Shown: positions 17,242 to 26,535 of the stretch, piece by piece | How the letters are laid out: each line of letters opens with the position of its first letter | Position numbering within the stretch: position 1 is the first letter of the stretch | NCBI GenBank assembly: GCA_019235995.1 | Contig: JAFAJV010000078.1 | Location: 108,372 to 172,371 of the forward strand | Length of the DNA stretch: 64,000 bases | Direction: 5' to 3' | Origin: Vulcanimicrobiota bacterium | GTDB taxonomy: Bacteria; Vulcanimicrobiota; Vulcanimicrobiia; Vulcanimicrobiales; Vulcanimicrobiaceae | Position numbers and translations under genes: made by a program | Notes under the pieces: model-generated | What the model was told of the DNA's origin: nothing | Database searches by the model: none | Seen by the model: only the letters and a program-made list of their open reading frames with translations

Positions 17242-18432
17242 ATGCTGAAACATCGAACCGCGGTCGGCGCTAGATCTGTTGTGCATCTTTTCTTTTCCGC
17301 TTTGCTTTTGGCCGTTTCGATGATTCCGGGCCTGTATAACGACCAGAATGGGCGCTCGGTTTATGCGGCGCTGGACGTCGAAGACGGGGCGGCCGTTAAC
17401 TGGATCGATCCCGGCAACCAGCACGACGGCGTGCTGCCCGCACTTCCCAAGACGTGGCGGCTGCAGCGACAAGTCTATGAGAAGCCCTTTACCGTCGAAG
17501 CGCCGCAGGGCCGCCTCGGCGTCTCCCTCTACTACGCCGATCGCGAGCGTCGAGCGACGGTCATCCTCATCCACGGCAACGATAACGAGACGCGCGACAT
17601 GGGCTATTTGATTCCGATATTTGCGCTCAATGGCGTCAACGTGGTCTCCTACGATCAGCGAGGAACGGGCGAGTCCACCGGATCTTGGCGAGAGAACGGA
17701 CCGGAGCAGCGTGCTTCCGATGTGAACGCCATTTACGACGCGCTGCAGCGCGAGCAGCTCGTCGACGCCAAGCGCATCGGTTTGTGGGCATTTAGCAATG
17801 GCGGCTGGACCGCACCGATCGTGTCGCTGCAACGGCGGGTCGCATTTATGATGCTCGTCGGTGCGCCGGCATCGAGCATCGCGAATAACATCTATTACGA
17901 GATTCGCCAGGAAGGGCCGCATCGCGGATTCGATCGGGCGACGACGGAGCAGGCGGTGACGACGATGCGCGCGCTGCTCGACGCCGTCGCAGGGACCGGC
18001 TCGTGGGAGAATGCAGCCCGGCAATACGACTTAGTGCGAAATCAGCCTTGGCTGGCTGCGCTGAACCTTTCGCCCACGATGAGGATACCGCCGCCGCGGC
18101 AGCGGATCGACGCGCTTCTCAGGGCGGATATCTACGATCCCGCGCAGACGCTCGCGCGCGTGACCGTGCCGACGCTGGCGCTGTACGGCGCTCTCGACCA
18201 CGCGGTCGATACGGCGCACGACGCACCGACGTTGCAGAGTGCCTTCAAGAAGGCCGGCATGACCGACTTCACGCTCCGTATCTACCCGCAAGCCGGACAT
18301 TCACTCTTCGTGTCGCAAACCGGTTACTCGGATCAACGCAGCGCACCGCGCCGCCGCGTGCCCGGTTACACGCAAACGATGCTCGGCTGGCTGGAGACGC
18401 GAGGCTTTACCAAAGCCACGGTACCCATCTAG
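17242..18432 (+). CDS. Alpha/beta hydrolase with signal/TM anchor
   Basis: VILIHGN, YDQRGTGES and a nucleophile elbow in WAFSNGGW. ATG 17242 precedes a hydrophobic N-terminus. Confidence 0.75.
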   Translation: MLKHRTAVGARSVVHLFFSALLLAVSMIPGLYNDQNGRSVYAALDVEDGAAVNWIDPGNQHDGVLPALPKTWRLQRQVYEKPFTVEAPQGRLGVSLYYADRERRATVILIHGNDNETRDMGYLIPIFALNGVNVVSYDQRGTGESTGSWRENGPEQRASDVNAIYDALQREQLVDAKRIGLWAFSNGGWTAPIVSLQRRVAFMMLVGAPASSIANNIYYEIRQEGPHRGFDRATTEQAVTTMRALLDAVAGTGSWENAARQYDLVRNQPWLAALNLSPTMRIPPPRQRIDALLRADIYDPAQTLARVTVPTLALYGALDHAVDTAHDAPTLQSAFKKAGMTDFTLRIYPQAGHSLFVSQTGYSDQRSAPRRRVPGYTQTMLGWLETRGFTKATVPI

Positions 18433-19178
18433 CCGCGCACCAGCCGTTCCGCCAGGGGAACGTCGCTGACGCGGTCGACGTTGACGGCGGTCTCCGCATA
18501 GGGCGAAACCAGCGCGCGCACCGGCGCGCCCAGAATCTTCGACGCGCGCGCCTCGGCGGCGGCGATGCTCAGCTGGGCAATGGCGAAGCGCGCCAGCATG
18601 TCCCAGCCGAAGAGCGAGGCCACGCGGAATGGGTGCTTGCGCGCCGCGCCCAGCCGCTCGACGAAGCGCTCGAGCAGCGGCAGCGCGCGCGGCTTGATGC
18701 CGACGATTCCGCCGCCGCAAAACGTACCCTCGCGCATCCGCGCCCAGGTGTGCGGAACGTCGGGATAGCTGCGCAGGTGCGTGCTTTTCTCGACGCAGCC
18801 GTAAACGAGGTCGGCATCGAGCGCGCCCAGCCGCGCGATGAAGTCGTCGACCGCCTCGACCGTCAGCACCGGCATGTCCGACGCGACGATCAGCACGGCG
18901 TCGTCCGGCTTGAACCCCGCGAGCCCGTTGCGCAGGCTCTCGGTGATGCGCGCGCCGTCGGGCCGCAGCTCGTCGGCGTTTGCCAGATCCGGATGCCCCG
19001 TCACGCTCGGCGGTGCGACGACGACGATCCGGCCGATCGCGCGCGACCCGCGCAGCGCCGTCATCACGCGCCCCACCAGCGTGAGGTTATCGATCCGGAC
19101 GAACGCCTTGTTCGGAGCGCCCGGCTGTAATCGCGCGATGTCGTCGAGCGGTCCGCCGGCGAGAACGACCGCGTCCAT
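18429..19178 (-). CDS. NTP-transferase (MobA-like nucleotidyltransferase) family protein
   Basis: MDAVVLAGG...NKAF N-terminal signature and the VASDMP motif. Confidence 0.7.
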   Translation of the reverse strand: MDAVVLAGGPLDDIARLQPGAPNKAFVRIDNLTLVGRVMTALRGSRAIGRIVVVAPPSVTGHPDLANADELRPDGARITESLRNGLAGFKPDDAVLIVASDMPVLTVEAVDDFIARLGALDADLVYGCVEKSTHLRSYPDVPHTWARMREGTFCGGGIVGIKPRALPLLERFVERLGAARKHPFRVASLFGWDMLARFAIAQLSIAAAEARASKILGAPVRALVSPYAETAVNVDRVSDVPLAERLVRG

Positions 19179-19181
19179 GCG

Positions 19182-20042
19182 TCAACGCCACTCCGGCGTG
19201 GCCGCGAACGCGGCGGCGTAACAACCATATGCGCCCGGCAGTTTCAGACGCTCGCGGATCGCTTCGACGCCTGCGCGTTGCGGCGCGAGCGTGAACACGC
19301 ACGAGCCGGAGCCGGCCAGCAGCGCGTTGTGCGCGCCCGCGTTGCGCAGCGCGTCGATCGCCGTTGCGACCTCAGGCGTCTGCGCGGCGATGACGTCGTG
19401 AAAGTCGTTGCTCAGCAACGCCTCGACGCACTCGAAATCCGCCCGCTGCAACGCTTCGAGAAGCGCGATCGAGACGCTGCCGGTGCGCGTGCGCTGCGGC
19501 CGAGGCGCGGCGTCGAGCGCTTCGTATGCGCGTGCCGTCGAAATCGCGACCGGCGGCTTGAGGATCAGCGCGTGCCAGCGCGGTAGCGCTCCGGCCGGCG
19601 TAACTCGTTCGCCGGTTCCCTCGACGAGCGCGCCGGCGCCGCTGAGAAAGAACGGCACGTCCGATCCGAGAGCGCGCGCGACTCCGAGCCAGTTGCGCGG
19701 CCGCGGCTCGCCGAGGAGGCCCATCATCGCCGCGCGCAGCACCGCCGCAGCGTCGCTCGAGCCTCCGCCGAGGCCGGCCTGCGCGGGGATCCGCTTACGC
19801 AGCTCCATCCGCACGGGCGGCGCCTCGCCGAGCGCGCGGACGGCTGCGACTGCGAGGTTGCGCTCGTCGTCGAGATCGCGGACGTCGCACGAGAAGCTGA
19901 AGCGGTCGCTGGGTTCGATTGCCAGTTCGTCGGCCAGGTCGAGCGGCACAATGACGCTGCGAATGCCGTGATAGCCGTCGTCACGCCGCGCAAGGACCTC
20001 GAGCGTGAGATTGATCTTCGCCGGAGCCTGAAGGGTCGGCAT
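19182..20042 (-). CDS. ispE: 4-diphosphocytidyl-2-C-methyl-D-erythritol kinase
   Basis: APAKINLTLEVL..RRDDGYH and GLGGGSSDAAAVL motifs. Start trimmed to ATG 20042. Confidence 0.9.
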   Translation of the reverse strand: MPTLQAPAKINLTLEVLARRDDGYHGIRSVIVPLDLADELAIEPSDRFSFSCDVRDLDDERNLAVAAVRALGEAPPVRMELRKRIPAQAGLGGGSSDAAAVLRAAMMGLLGEPRPRNWLGVARALGSDVPFFLSGAGALVEGTGERVTPAGALPRWHALILKPPVAISTARAYEALDAAPRPQRTRTGSVSIALLEALQRADFECVEALLSNDFHDVIAAQTPEVATAIDALRNAGAHNALLAGSGSCVFTLAPQRAGVEAIRERLKLPGAYGCYAAAFAATPEWR

Positions 20043-20111
20043 CGCGGCTCTCGTTTGCCGCGGCGGGAGGAGGCGCCTTTGCGCTCGGCGCCGCACTAGG
20101 CTCTTAGAGAC

Positions 20112-22556
20112 ATGGGGTCGAGTTATGATGCGCAACGCAACGAGTTTTGCGCTTATGTCCTGCACGAATCGGAAACGCCCTACGGGCTATTGCTCGGTAA
20201 CTTGAAGACCTACGCGCAATCGACCGCCAAGGGCGGCGTGCGCGGCCTGTGGGACGCCGACACAGACCAGATCATCTTCGGCACCCATCACATCGCCTAT
20301 CGTCTCGGCGATCGCACGTTCTTCCCGCACCAGATCGAGCGCGATCTCACGTTTCTTCCGTACGCGCAGATCTCCGAATTCACGCTCGAGCATCGCGTGC
20401 ACGTCACGGAGGCGTTTTACGTGCCGTTCGGCGCGGGATTCGATCGCGCCGTCTCCTTCGTCGTCGACGTCACGCTGTACAACCCCGGGGCGGAGCTGAT
20501 CGAGGTCGCGCTCTTCCCCTGGGCGATGCTCGTCGGCCAGCGCTTCTACGGAGAGCCGGAGCACGAGGTGCGCGCCTGGAACGATGGGCGGTTCATCTGT
20601 TCCAGAAACCTCGAGACCGGAGGGGAGCGGTGGTGGGGCGGCTCGCGCGCGCCCGTCGCCGTGCAGCTCTCGTTGCGGGAGCAGGTGCTGCTCGAGGCCA
20701 TGCGCCGCGCGACCCTCGCGACCGAGGACTCCCCGCAGACGCTGGGCGACGTCACGCCCCAGCAGGCCGAGCTCGTGAGCCGGCGGATCTTCGGCGCCTT
20801 CGAGTATCGCATCACCGTCGCGCCCGGCGCGCGCGAGTCGTTGCGCCTGGCCGTCGTCTACGACAAGGGCGGCACCGAGCGCAGCCGGCCGGTCCTCGAG
20901 TCGCTGATCCGCGACCAGCGCGCGCTGCACGACACGCAGGGATATTTCACGCAGCGACTCGCCGACGCGCGCTTTCTCACTCCGTCGCCGGAGATCAGCC
21001 GAGGCATGGCGTGGGCCAAGGCCAACATGCTGCGGATCGTCAAGGAGTATCCGCACGGATGGGGCGCGACGAACTCGCCGCCCTCCGACATCCTGGTGTC
21101 GCGCGACACGTCATGGCTCGTTCACGGTTTCGATTATTTCTGGCCGGAGTTCAGCCGCAACGCGCTCGAAGTCTTCAATCGCGCGATGGAAGACAGCGGG
21201 CTGATGGTCGAATACGTGCGAGGCGTCAGCGGCTACAAGACCGACTACGACCTCAACATCAACGACGACACGCCATTGCACCTCATCGCGATGCTGCATC
21301 ACTACAACGCGACGCTCGATGACGAGTGGGTTCGCCGGCATAGCGCGATGATCGTAAAGCTCGCGGACTACATGCTGGCTCAGCGCGACGATCATGGCCT
21401 CATCTGCTGTCGAGCCAAGGGCGTCGATCTCTACGGCATCAGTTCGTGGCGCAACATCATTCCGTACTACACGCTCGACGGTGCCGTCACCGAGATCAAC
21501 GCAGAGGCCGTGTTCGCGCTCGAGGCGGCCGCGATGCTGTGCGCCGTGATCGGCGACAACGATCACTGGGAGCGCTACGGTAGCGAGGCGCAGCGGATGC
21601 GCGAGGCGATGATGGACTTCCTCTACAACGACGACACAGGCGCGTTCGTGCTGAACTACGATCAGGAAGGAAACTATCAAGATAACTTCACGGCCGACGA
21701 GATCTTCCCGGTGCTGTTCAACATCGCCGAGGAGCCGCAGCGCCGCGCGATCCTCGCCCGGCTGCAGGAGGCGGACTTCGTAACGCCGGTTGGGCTGCGC
21801 ACGATCTCCACGGCGGACGCGTGGTATTTTCCGTCGTACGGATCCGGTCTGCTGGGCGGCATCTGGCCCGACCTGACGCTATGGTGCAGCGTCGCCCTCG
21901 CGCGCAACGGCATGACCGACGCGTGCGTGCGCTTTCTCAACGTCTCGTACGCGGCGATGGAAGGCGGCAGCCCGCGCAACACCGTGCCGGGCGAATTCGC
22001 GGAATGGTTCGACGGAGGGTCGTTGAGCAATCGCGGCATGTACCTCTCGCCGTGGACTGGAGCGAAGTATCTGTGGGCGGTGGCCGAGACGGTCGGCGGG
22101 CTCAACGGCTATCGCACGAGCGGGCGTCCCCACCTCGCGCCGCTGCGACCGAAAGGATGGCAGTGGGTCGCCGCCGCGCGCGTGCACTGGGGCGGACGCC
22201 GCTGCACCTACGTCGTGGACCTGCGCAACGATACGATCTACGGCGACATGCCGGAGCTCTCGGCGGAGGAGCCGTTCAAGTGCATCTTCGCGGGACGCGA
22301 CGTGAGCGACGAGGTCACGACGTCACCCGTGGAAGTGGGCGCGATCGCGTTTGAAGACGAGCACGGCGCGGTGCGAATCTTCGTTGGCAACCTCGCCGAC
22401 CGCGCGCGCAACGTCTTGCTCGAGTTTCGCGGTCATACGGCGCGCGTGGACATGGCGCCCGGCGAGTTGCGCGAGGTGCATCTCATCGGTAAGCCGAGCG
22501 ATCGCCGGGCACGCGCGGCCAAGCTCGACGTCGTACGGCCGCTGGCGCGCGTATGA
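20112..22556 (+). CDS. Glycogen-debranching-enzyme-like (alpha/alpha)6 glycoside hydrolase
   Basis: SRDTSW, DDTPLHLIAMLHHY and GLRTIS...GGIWPDLTLW resemble the GDE C-terminal / amylo-alpha-1,6-glucosidase family. Confidence 0.6.
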   Translation: MGSSYDAQRNEFCAYVLHESETPYGLLLGNLKTYAQSTAKGGVRGLWDADTDQIIFGTHHIAYRLGDRTFFPHQIERDLTFLPYAQISEFTLEHRVHVTEAFYVPFGAGFDRAVSFVVDVTLYNPGAELIEVALFPWAMLVGQRFYGEPEHEVRAWNDGRFICSRNLETGGERWWGGSRAPVAVQLSLREQVLLEAMRRATLATEDSPQTLGDVTPQQAELVSRRIFGAFEYRITVAPGARESLRLAVVYDKGGTERSRPVLESLIRDQRALHDTQGYFTQRLADARFLTPSPEISRGMAWAKANMLRIVKEYPHGWGATNSPPSDILVSRDTSWLVHGFDYFWPEFSRNALEVFNRAMEDSGLMVEYVRGVSGYKTDYDLNINDDTPLHLIAMLHHYNATLDDEWVRRHSAMIVKLADYMLAQRDDHGLICCRAKGVDLYGISSWRNIIPYYTLDGAVTEINAEAVFALEAAAMLCAVIGDNDHWERYGSEAQRMREAMMDFLYNDDTGAFVLNYDQEGNYQDNFTADEIFPVLFNIAEEPQRRAILARLQEADFVTPVGLRTISTADAWYFPSYGSGLLGGIWPDLTLWCSVALARNGMTDACVRFLNVSYAAMEGGSPRNTVPGEFAEWFDGGSLSNRGMYLSPWTGAKYLWAVAETVGGLNGYRTSGRPHLAPLRPKGWQWVAAARVHWGGRRCTYVVDLRNDTIYGDMPELSAEEPFKCIFAGRDVSDEVTTSPVEVGAIAFEDEHGAVRIFVGNLADRARNVLLEFRGHTARVDMAPGELREVHLIGKPSDRRARAAKLDVVRPLARV

Positions 22557-23005
22557 GGCTGAGCCTGCCCACGATCCTCCTCGCGGTCGGCGCCGCGGTG
22601 CTGCTGATCGCGGTCGCCATCGGCGAGCGCATGGGCGACCGTGTCATCGGTCAGGCGACCGAGCAGACGTTGCAGTCGGTGGGTCCGGTTTCAGTGAGCC
22701 CATCGCCGAACGCGTCGCCGCAGCCGTACGGCCCCGATTGGAAGCGCTCGCAGGCCCTCTCCGCGGCCGGCGATCCGCACTTCCCCGATCCGCGCGTTCC
22801 ACCGCAGCCGCTGCCGACGCTCCCGCCGACGCCGAAGCCGCGCCCGACGCCGGTCCCGACGCCGACGCCGATTCCGAACGTACCGATCTGGCGGCAAAAG
22901 CCGCTGCCGACCGTGCCTCCGACGGTGGCGCCGGTCCTGCCGGCCACCGAGGCGCCATCGCCGCAGGCCTCGCCGCCCGGCAGCACGGCTCCTGCACCGC
23001 CATAG
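22553..23005 (+). CDS. Membrane-anchored proline-rich protein
   Basis: ATGA overlap with the upstream gene. N-terminal TM helix followed by a PT/PxP-rich low-complexity tail. Confidence 0.5.
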   Translation: MRLSLPTILLAVGAAVLLIAVAIGERMGDRVIGQATEQTLQSVGPVSVSPSPNASPQPYGPDWKRSQALSAAGDPHFPDPRVPPQPLPTLPPTPKPRPTPVPTPTPIPNVPIWRQKPLPTVPPTVAPVLPATEAPSPQASPPGSTAPAPP

Positions 23006-23015
23006 CCTGCGTGGC

Positions 23016-23039
23016 GTTCCCAATGTTCTCATTGGGAAC
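23016..23039. promoter_or_regulatory. Perfect 10-bp inverted repeat GTTCCCAATG-ttct-CATTGGGAAC upstream of pdxS
   Basis: Read directly from the sequence. Ends 18 nt before the pdxS ATG. No T-run follows it. Confidence 0.4.
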
Positions 23040-23057
23040 GGCTGATATCATAGGAAC

Positions 23058-23948
23058 ATGGAAAGCACCGGAACGATCGTCGTCAAGCGTGGGCTCGCCC
23101 AGATGCTCAAAGGCGGCGTGATCATGGACGTCGTCACGCCCGACCACGCCGCGATTGCCCAGGAGGCGGGTGCGGTCGCGGTCATGGCTCTGGAGCGGAT
23201 TCCCGCCGACATCCGCGCGGCGGGCGGCGTGGCGCGCATGAGCGGCATCGATCTGATCCGCGGGATCATGGACGCCGTCACGATTCCAGTCATGGCCAAG
23301 GTTCGCATCGGCCACTTCGCCGAGGCTCAAGTGTTGCAACAGCTCGGCGTCGATTACATCGACGAGTCGGAGGTCTTGACGCCGGCCGACGACCGGTATC
23401 ACGTCGACAAGCACGCCTTCAAGACGCCGTTCGTGTGCGGCGCTCGCGATCTCGGCGAGGCGCTGCGCCGAATTGCCGAGGGCGCCGCCATGATCCGGAG
23501 CAAGGGCGAGGCCGGCAGTGGCAACATCGTCGAGGCGGTGCGCCATATGCGCGCGATCGGCGATGCGATTCGCGACCTGAGCGTCGCTCCGAAAGAGGAG
23601 CTCGTCGCGCGGGCGCGTGAGCTCGGGGCTCCGCTCGAGCTCGTCAGGGAGGTCGCCGCGAACGGACGGCTTCCGGTCGTGCTGTTCTGTGCCGGCGGCG
23701 TGGCCACGCCGGCCGACGCCGCGCTCATGATGCAGCTCGGCGCTGAAGGTATCTTCGTCGGCAGCGGCATCTTCAAGTCGAAGGATCCCAAGCGGTTCGC
23801 CCGCGCGATCGTCGACGCGACCACGCATTTCAGCGAGCCGAGCGTCGTACTCGAGGCCTGCCGTTCGCTCGGCATGTCCGAGGCAATGCCCGGACTCGAC
23901 GTGCGCCAGTTGAGCGAGGCAGAGCTCATGGCCCCCCGTGGGAATTAA
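23058..23948 (+). CDS. pdxS: Pyridoxal 5'-phosphate synthase lyase subunit
   Basis: [15 protein letters not shown] and [13 protein letters not shown] motifs, plus strong similarity along the full length. Confidence 0.95.
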   Translation: MESTGTIVVKRGLAQMLKGGVIMDVVTPDHAAIAQEAGAVAVMALERIPADIRAAGGVARMSGIDLIRGIMDAVTIPVMAKVRIGHFAEAQVLQQLGVDYIDESEVLTPADDRYHVDKHAFKTPFVCGARDLGEALRRIAEGAAMIRSKGEAGSGNIVEAVRHMRAIGDAIRDLSVAPKEELVARARELGAPLELVREVAANGRLPVVLFCAGGVATPADAALMMQLGAEGIFVGSGIFKSKDPKRFARAIVDATTHFSEPSVVLEACRSLGMSEAMPGLDVRQLSEAELMAPRGN

Positions 23949-24552
23949 TCCTTCGACTCCACGGGTAGGCATACTCGCGCTGCAAGGCGACGTCGTCGAG
24001 CATCTCGCGGCGATGCGCAGTGCCGAGGTCGAGGCGGTCGAAGTGAAGAACTCGCGCGACCTCACGGGCGTCGACGCGCTCGTCATTCCGGGCGGTGAGT
24101 CGACGACGGTGATGAAGCTGCTCAATCGCTTTTCGCTCGACCGGCCGATCGTCGCGCGCGTCCGCGCGGGGATGCCGCTGTGGGGCACGTGCATGGGGAT
24201 GATCGTCGCCGCGCGCGAGGTCGCCGACGTAGCGCAGCCCACCCTGAATCTGATCGACGTCACGGTGCGGCGCAATGCGTTCGGGCGGCAGAACGAGTCC
24301 GCCGAAATGGACCTCTCGATCGCGGTGCTGGGCGAGGCGCCGTTTCCTGCGATCTTCATCCGTGCGCCGTGGATCGAGCGGTGCGGCCCAGGGGTCGAGT
24401 TGCTCGCACAGCGTGACGGTCACGGCGTGATGGTGCGCCAAAATAACGTGCTCGCAACCTCCTTTCACCCCGAGCTCGCCGGCGATCTGCGCGTCCATCG
24501 CTACTTCCTCGACATGCTTGTCAAGCAAGGGAAGAAAACCGCAGCGGCGTAA
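23938..24552 (+). CDS. pdxT: Pyridoxal 5'-phosphate synthase glutaminase subunit
   Basis: [18 protein letters not shown] and GTCMG motifs. Confidence 0.9.
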   Translation: MGINPSTPRVGILALQGDVVEHLAAMRSAEVEAVEVKNSRDLTGVDALVIPGGESTTVMKLLNRFSLDRPIVARVRAGMPLWGTCMGMIVAAREVADVAQPTLNLIDVTVRRNAFGRQNESAEMDLSIAVLGEAPFPAIFIRAPWIERCGPGVELLAQRDGHGVMVRQNNVLATSFHPELAGDLRVHRYFLDMLVKQGKKTAAA

Positions 24553-24564
24553 GTCTGAGCCGAG

Positions 24565-24855
24565 ATGTCTAACTCGGCCGCCTCTCCGGATATGCACGGA
24601 GGCTTTCAAGGCCAGATACCGCCCGTTGAGCCGCTGCTCGCCGAGGTGATCACGACCCTGGCGCTCGCCGCTCACGCGTATCTTACGGAAGGCGAGGGAC
24701 GCGATCCGGATCACTCGTCGGCGGAAGTTGCCATCGACGTCGCGACCGCTGCGTTCGAACGGGTGAAGGAAAGGTTAGGCCCAGACCAGCGGTTAGCGAT
24801 CACACAGATGCTAACCGAAACGCGGCTCACGTTCGTCCGGAAGCGAGGCACCTAG
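24565..24855 (+). CDS. DUF1844-like small protein
   Basis: LLAEVITTLALAAHAYL core and an ...LTETRLTFV C-terminus. Confidence 0.65.
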   Translation: MSNSAASPDMHGGFQGQIPPVEPLLAEVITTLALAAHAYLTEGEGRDPDHSSAEVAIDVATAAFERVKERLGPDQRLAITQMLTETRLTFVRKRGT

Positions 24856-24928
24856 TTATAGAAACTCTAGGGGGACCCGCGCGGCGAAGTCAGCGCCAGG
24901 CGAGGCGCATCGTGCCGAGCCTTTTTAA

Positions 24929-25459
24929 ATGAGCGAGGTGCTCGTTCTCAATTTCACGTACGAGGCGTTGAACGTCACGAGCTTTCAGCGCGCCGTGAAG
25001 CTGATTTTTGCCGGGAAGGCAGAGATGCTGCATGGACGCGAGCGGATCTTGGCATCGCCGAGCTACGAGATGCGCATGCCTTCGATCATCCGAATGCTGT
25101 ATTACATTCGCAGACCGATGCAAAAGGTGGCGCTGACGAAGAAAAACGTCTTGATCCGGGACGACCACACCTGTCAATACTGCGGTACGCGCGGAGAACG
25201 CCTCATGACGGTGGACCACGTCGTTCCCCGCAGCCGGGGCGGAGATTCGACGTGGGAGAACCTCGTGTGTGCGTGCATGCGCTGTAATAATCGCAAGAAC
25301 AACCGCATGCCGCAAGAGGCCAACATGTCGTTGCAGCGCAAGCCGCGCCAGCCGAAGTACATCCCGTGGATCCAGATCAAGCGCAACACGCTGCCGGACG
25401 AATGGGGCAAGTTCCTCTTCCTGTATAACGTCTCGATCGAAGAGCGCATCGAAACCTAA
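24929..25459 (+). CDS. HNH endonuclease (stand-alone, McrA-like family)
   Basis: CQYCG...VDHVVPRSRGGDSTWENLVCACMRCNNRK. Confidence 0.85.
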   Translation: MSEVLVLNFTYEALNVTSFQRAVKLIFAGKAEMLHGRERILASPSYEMRMPSIIRMLYYIRRPMQKVALTKKNVLIRDDHTCQYCGTRGERLMTVDHVVPRSRGGDSTWENLVCACMRCNNRKNNRMPQEANMSLQRKPRQPKYIPWIQIKRNTLPDEWGKFLFLYNVSIEERIET

Positions 25460-25467
25460 CGGGCCGC

Positions 25468-26085
25468 ATGGCTTTGCAGAATCGCGTGACCCCGTACGGG
25501 GAGATCGTCGCCGTGCCCGGCCGCGGCCTGATGATGGGCAACCGCGGCATCCTCCACGACGACGCTCGCCGGATCATTCGGACGTTTCAAGTGAAGCGCT
25601 GGATCGCGTGCGTGCTCGAGTTTCGCGGTCGCCGGCGCGAGGTGATGACTCCGCACCGTTACACCGAGCTTTTCTTTCTCGACGAGGCGGCCGCGTTTAG
25701 CGCCGGCCATCGCCCCTGCGCCGAATGCCGCCGCGCGGACTACAACCTTTTTATCGGCCTATGGGGGTCGTGGTCGGGCGCGCCGGCGACCGCGGACGCC
25801 ATGGACGCGCGCCTGCAGGCCGACCGCATCGAGCGCAAGCGGAAGAAGACGTACCGCGACGAGCTCGCCAAGCTGCCCGACGGCGCGTACGTGGCCCTCG
25901 ACGGCCAGGCCTGGCTCGTTTGGGATTCCTACCTGTTGGCGTGGTCCGACTCTCGATACACCCGGGGACGCCCGCGCTCGCGGGGCCAGGTTGAAGTGCT
26001 GACGCCGCGTTGCGCGGTCGCGATCCTCGCGGCCGGCTACCACCCGATGGTCCACCCGTCGGCCGGCGAGGTAGCGCTCCACTAG
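25468..26085 (+). CDS. Conserved hypothetical protein
   Basis: Coding-like GC3. Starts 8 nt after the HNH gene. AAAFSAGHRPCAECRR resembles the tail of the Ada Zn-binding motif. Confidence 0.55.
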   Translation: MALQNRVTPYGEIVAVPGRGLMMGNRGILHDDARRIIRTFQVKRWIACVLEFRGRRREVMTPHRYTELFFLDEAAAFSAGHRPCAECRRADYNLFIGLWGSWSGAPATADAMDARLQADRIERKRKKTYRDELAKLPDGAYVALDGQAWLVWDSYLLAWSDSRYTRGRPRSRGQVEVLTPRCAVAILAAGYHPMVHPSAGEVALH

Positions 26086-26102
26086 CACCGAAGCCGCGAG
26101 AG

Positions 26103-26522
26103 ATGCCCCTGCTGCTCGCCGCTTTTTTATTAGGTTGTGTCGCCGGTCTGCGTACGTTCACCGCACCGGCCGTGCTGTGGCTGATGCGACACACGTCACT
26201 TCTCGCATATCTGCTCGCCGTCGCCGCGCTAGCCGAGCTGCTCGTCGATCTCCTGCCGAAGGTGCCGGCTCGCACGAGCAGCGGTCCGCTCGTGGCGCGC
26301 ATCCTGACCGGCGCCTTCTGCGGCGTCGGACTGGCCTGGTCGACCGGACGGGCGATGATCGCCGCCTGCGCGGTGGCGGGCGCGCTCGGCGGCATCGCCG
26401 GCGCGTACGCCGGCTTAGCGCTGCGAATGCGCCTCATCGCCGCGATCGGCGGCGTTCCCGCGGCGCTCGCGGAGGATGCCGTGGCGATCCTCGGCGCGAT
26501 CGCGATCGTCGCCTACGCATAG
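26103..26522 (+). CDS. DUF4126-like integral membrane protein
   Basis: Four hydrophobic segments. ATG 26103. Confidence 0.6.
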   Translation: MPLLLAAFLLGCVAGLRTFTAPAVLWLMRHTSLLAYLLAVAALAELLVDLLPKVPARTSSGPLVARILTGAFCGVGLAWSTGRAMIAACAVAGALGGIAGAYAGLALRMRLIAAIGGVPAALAEDAVAILGAIAIVAYA

Positions 26523-26535
26523 CCCCGCCGTAACG

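Noticed and set aside
22644-24359. 571-aa minus-strand ORF
   Set aside because: It is antisense to the unambiguous pdxS/pdxT genes and is a compositional artefact.
24929-25459. HNH gene as a mobile homing endonuclease or restriction-modification component
   Set aside because: There is no intein/intron context, no adjacent methyltransferase and no flanking repeats. It belongs to a stand-alone HNH family commonly found in conserved chromosomal contexts.
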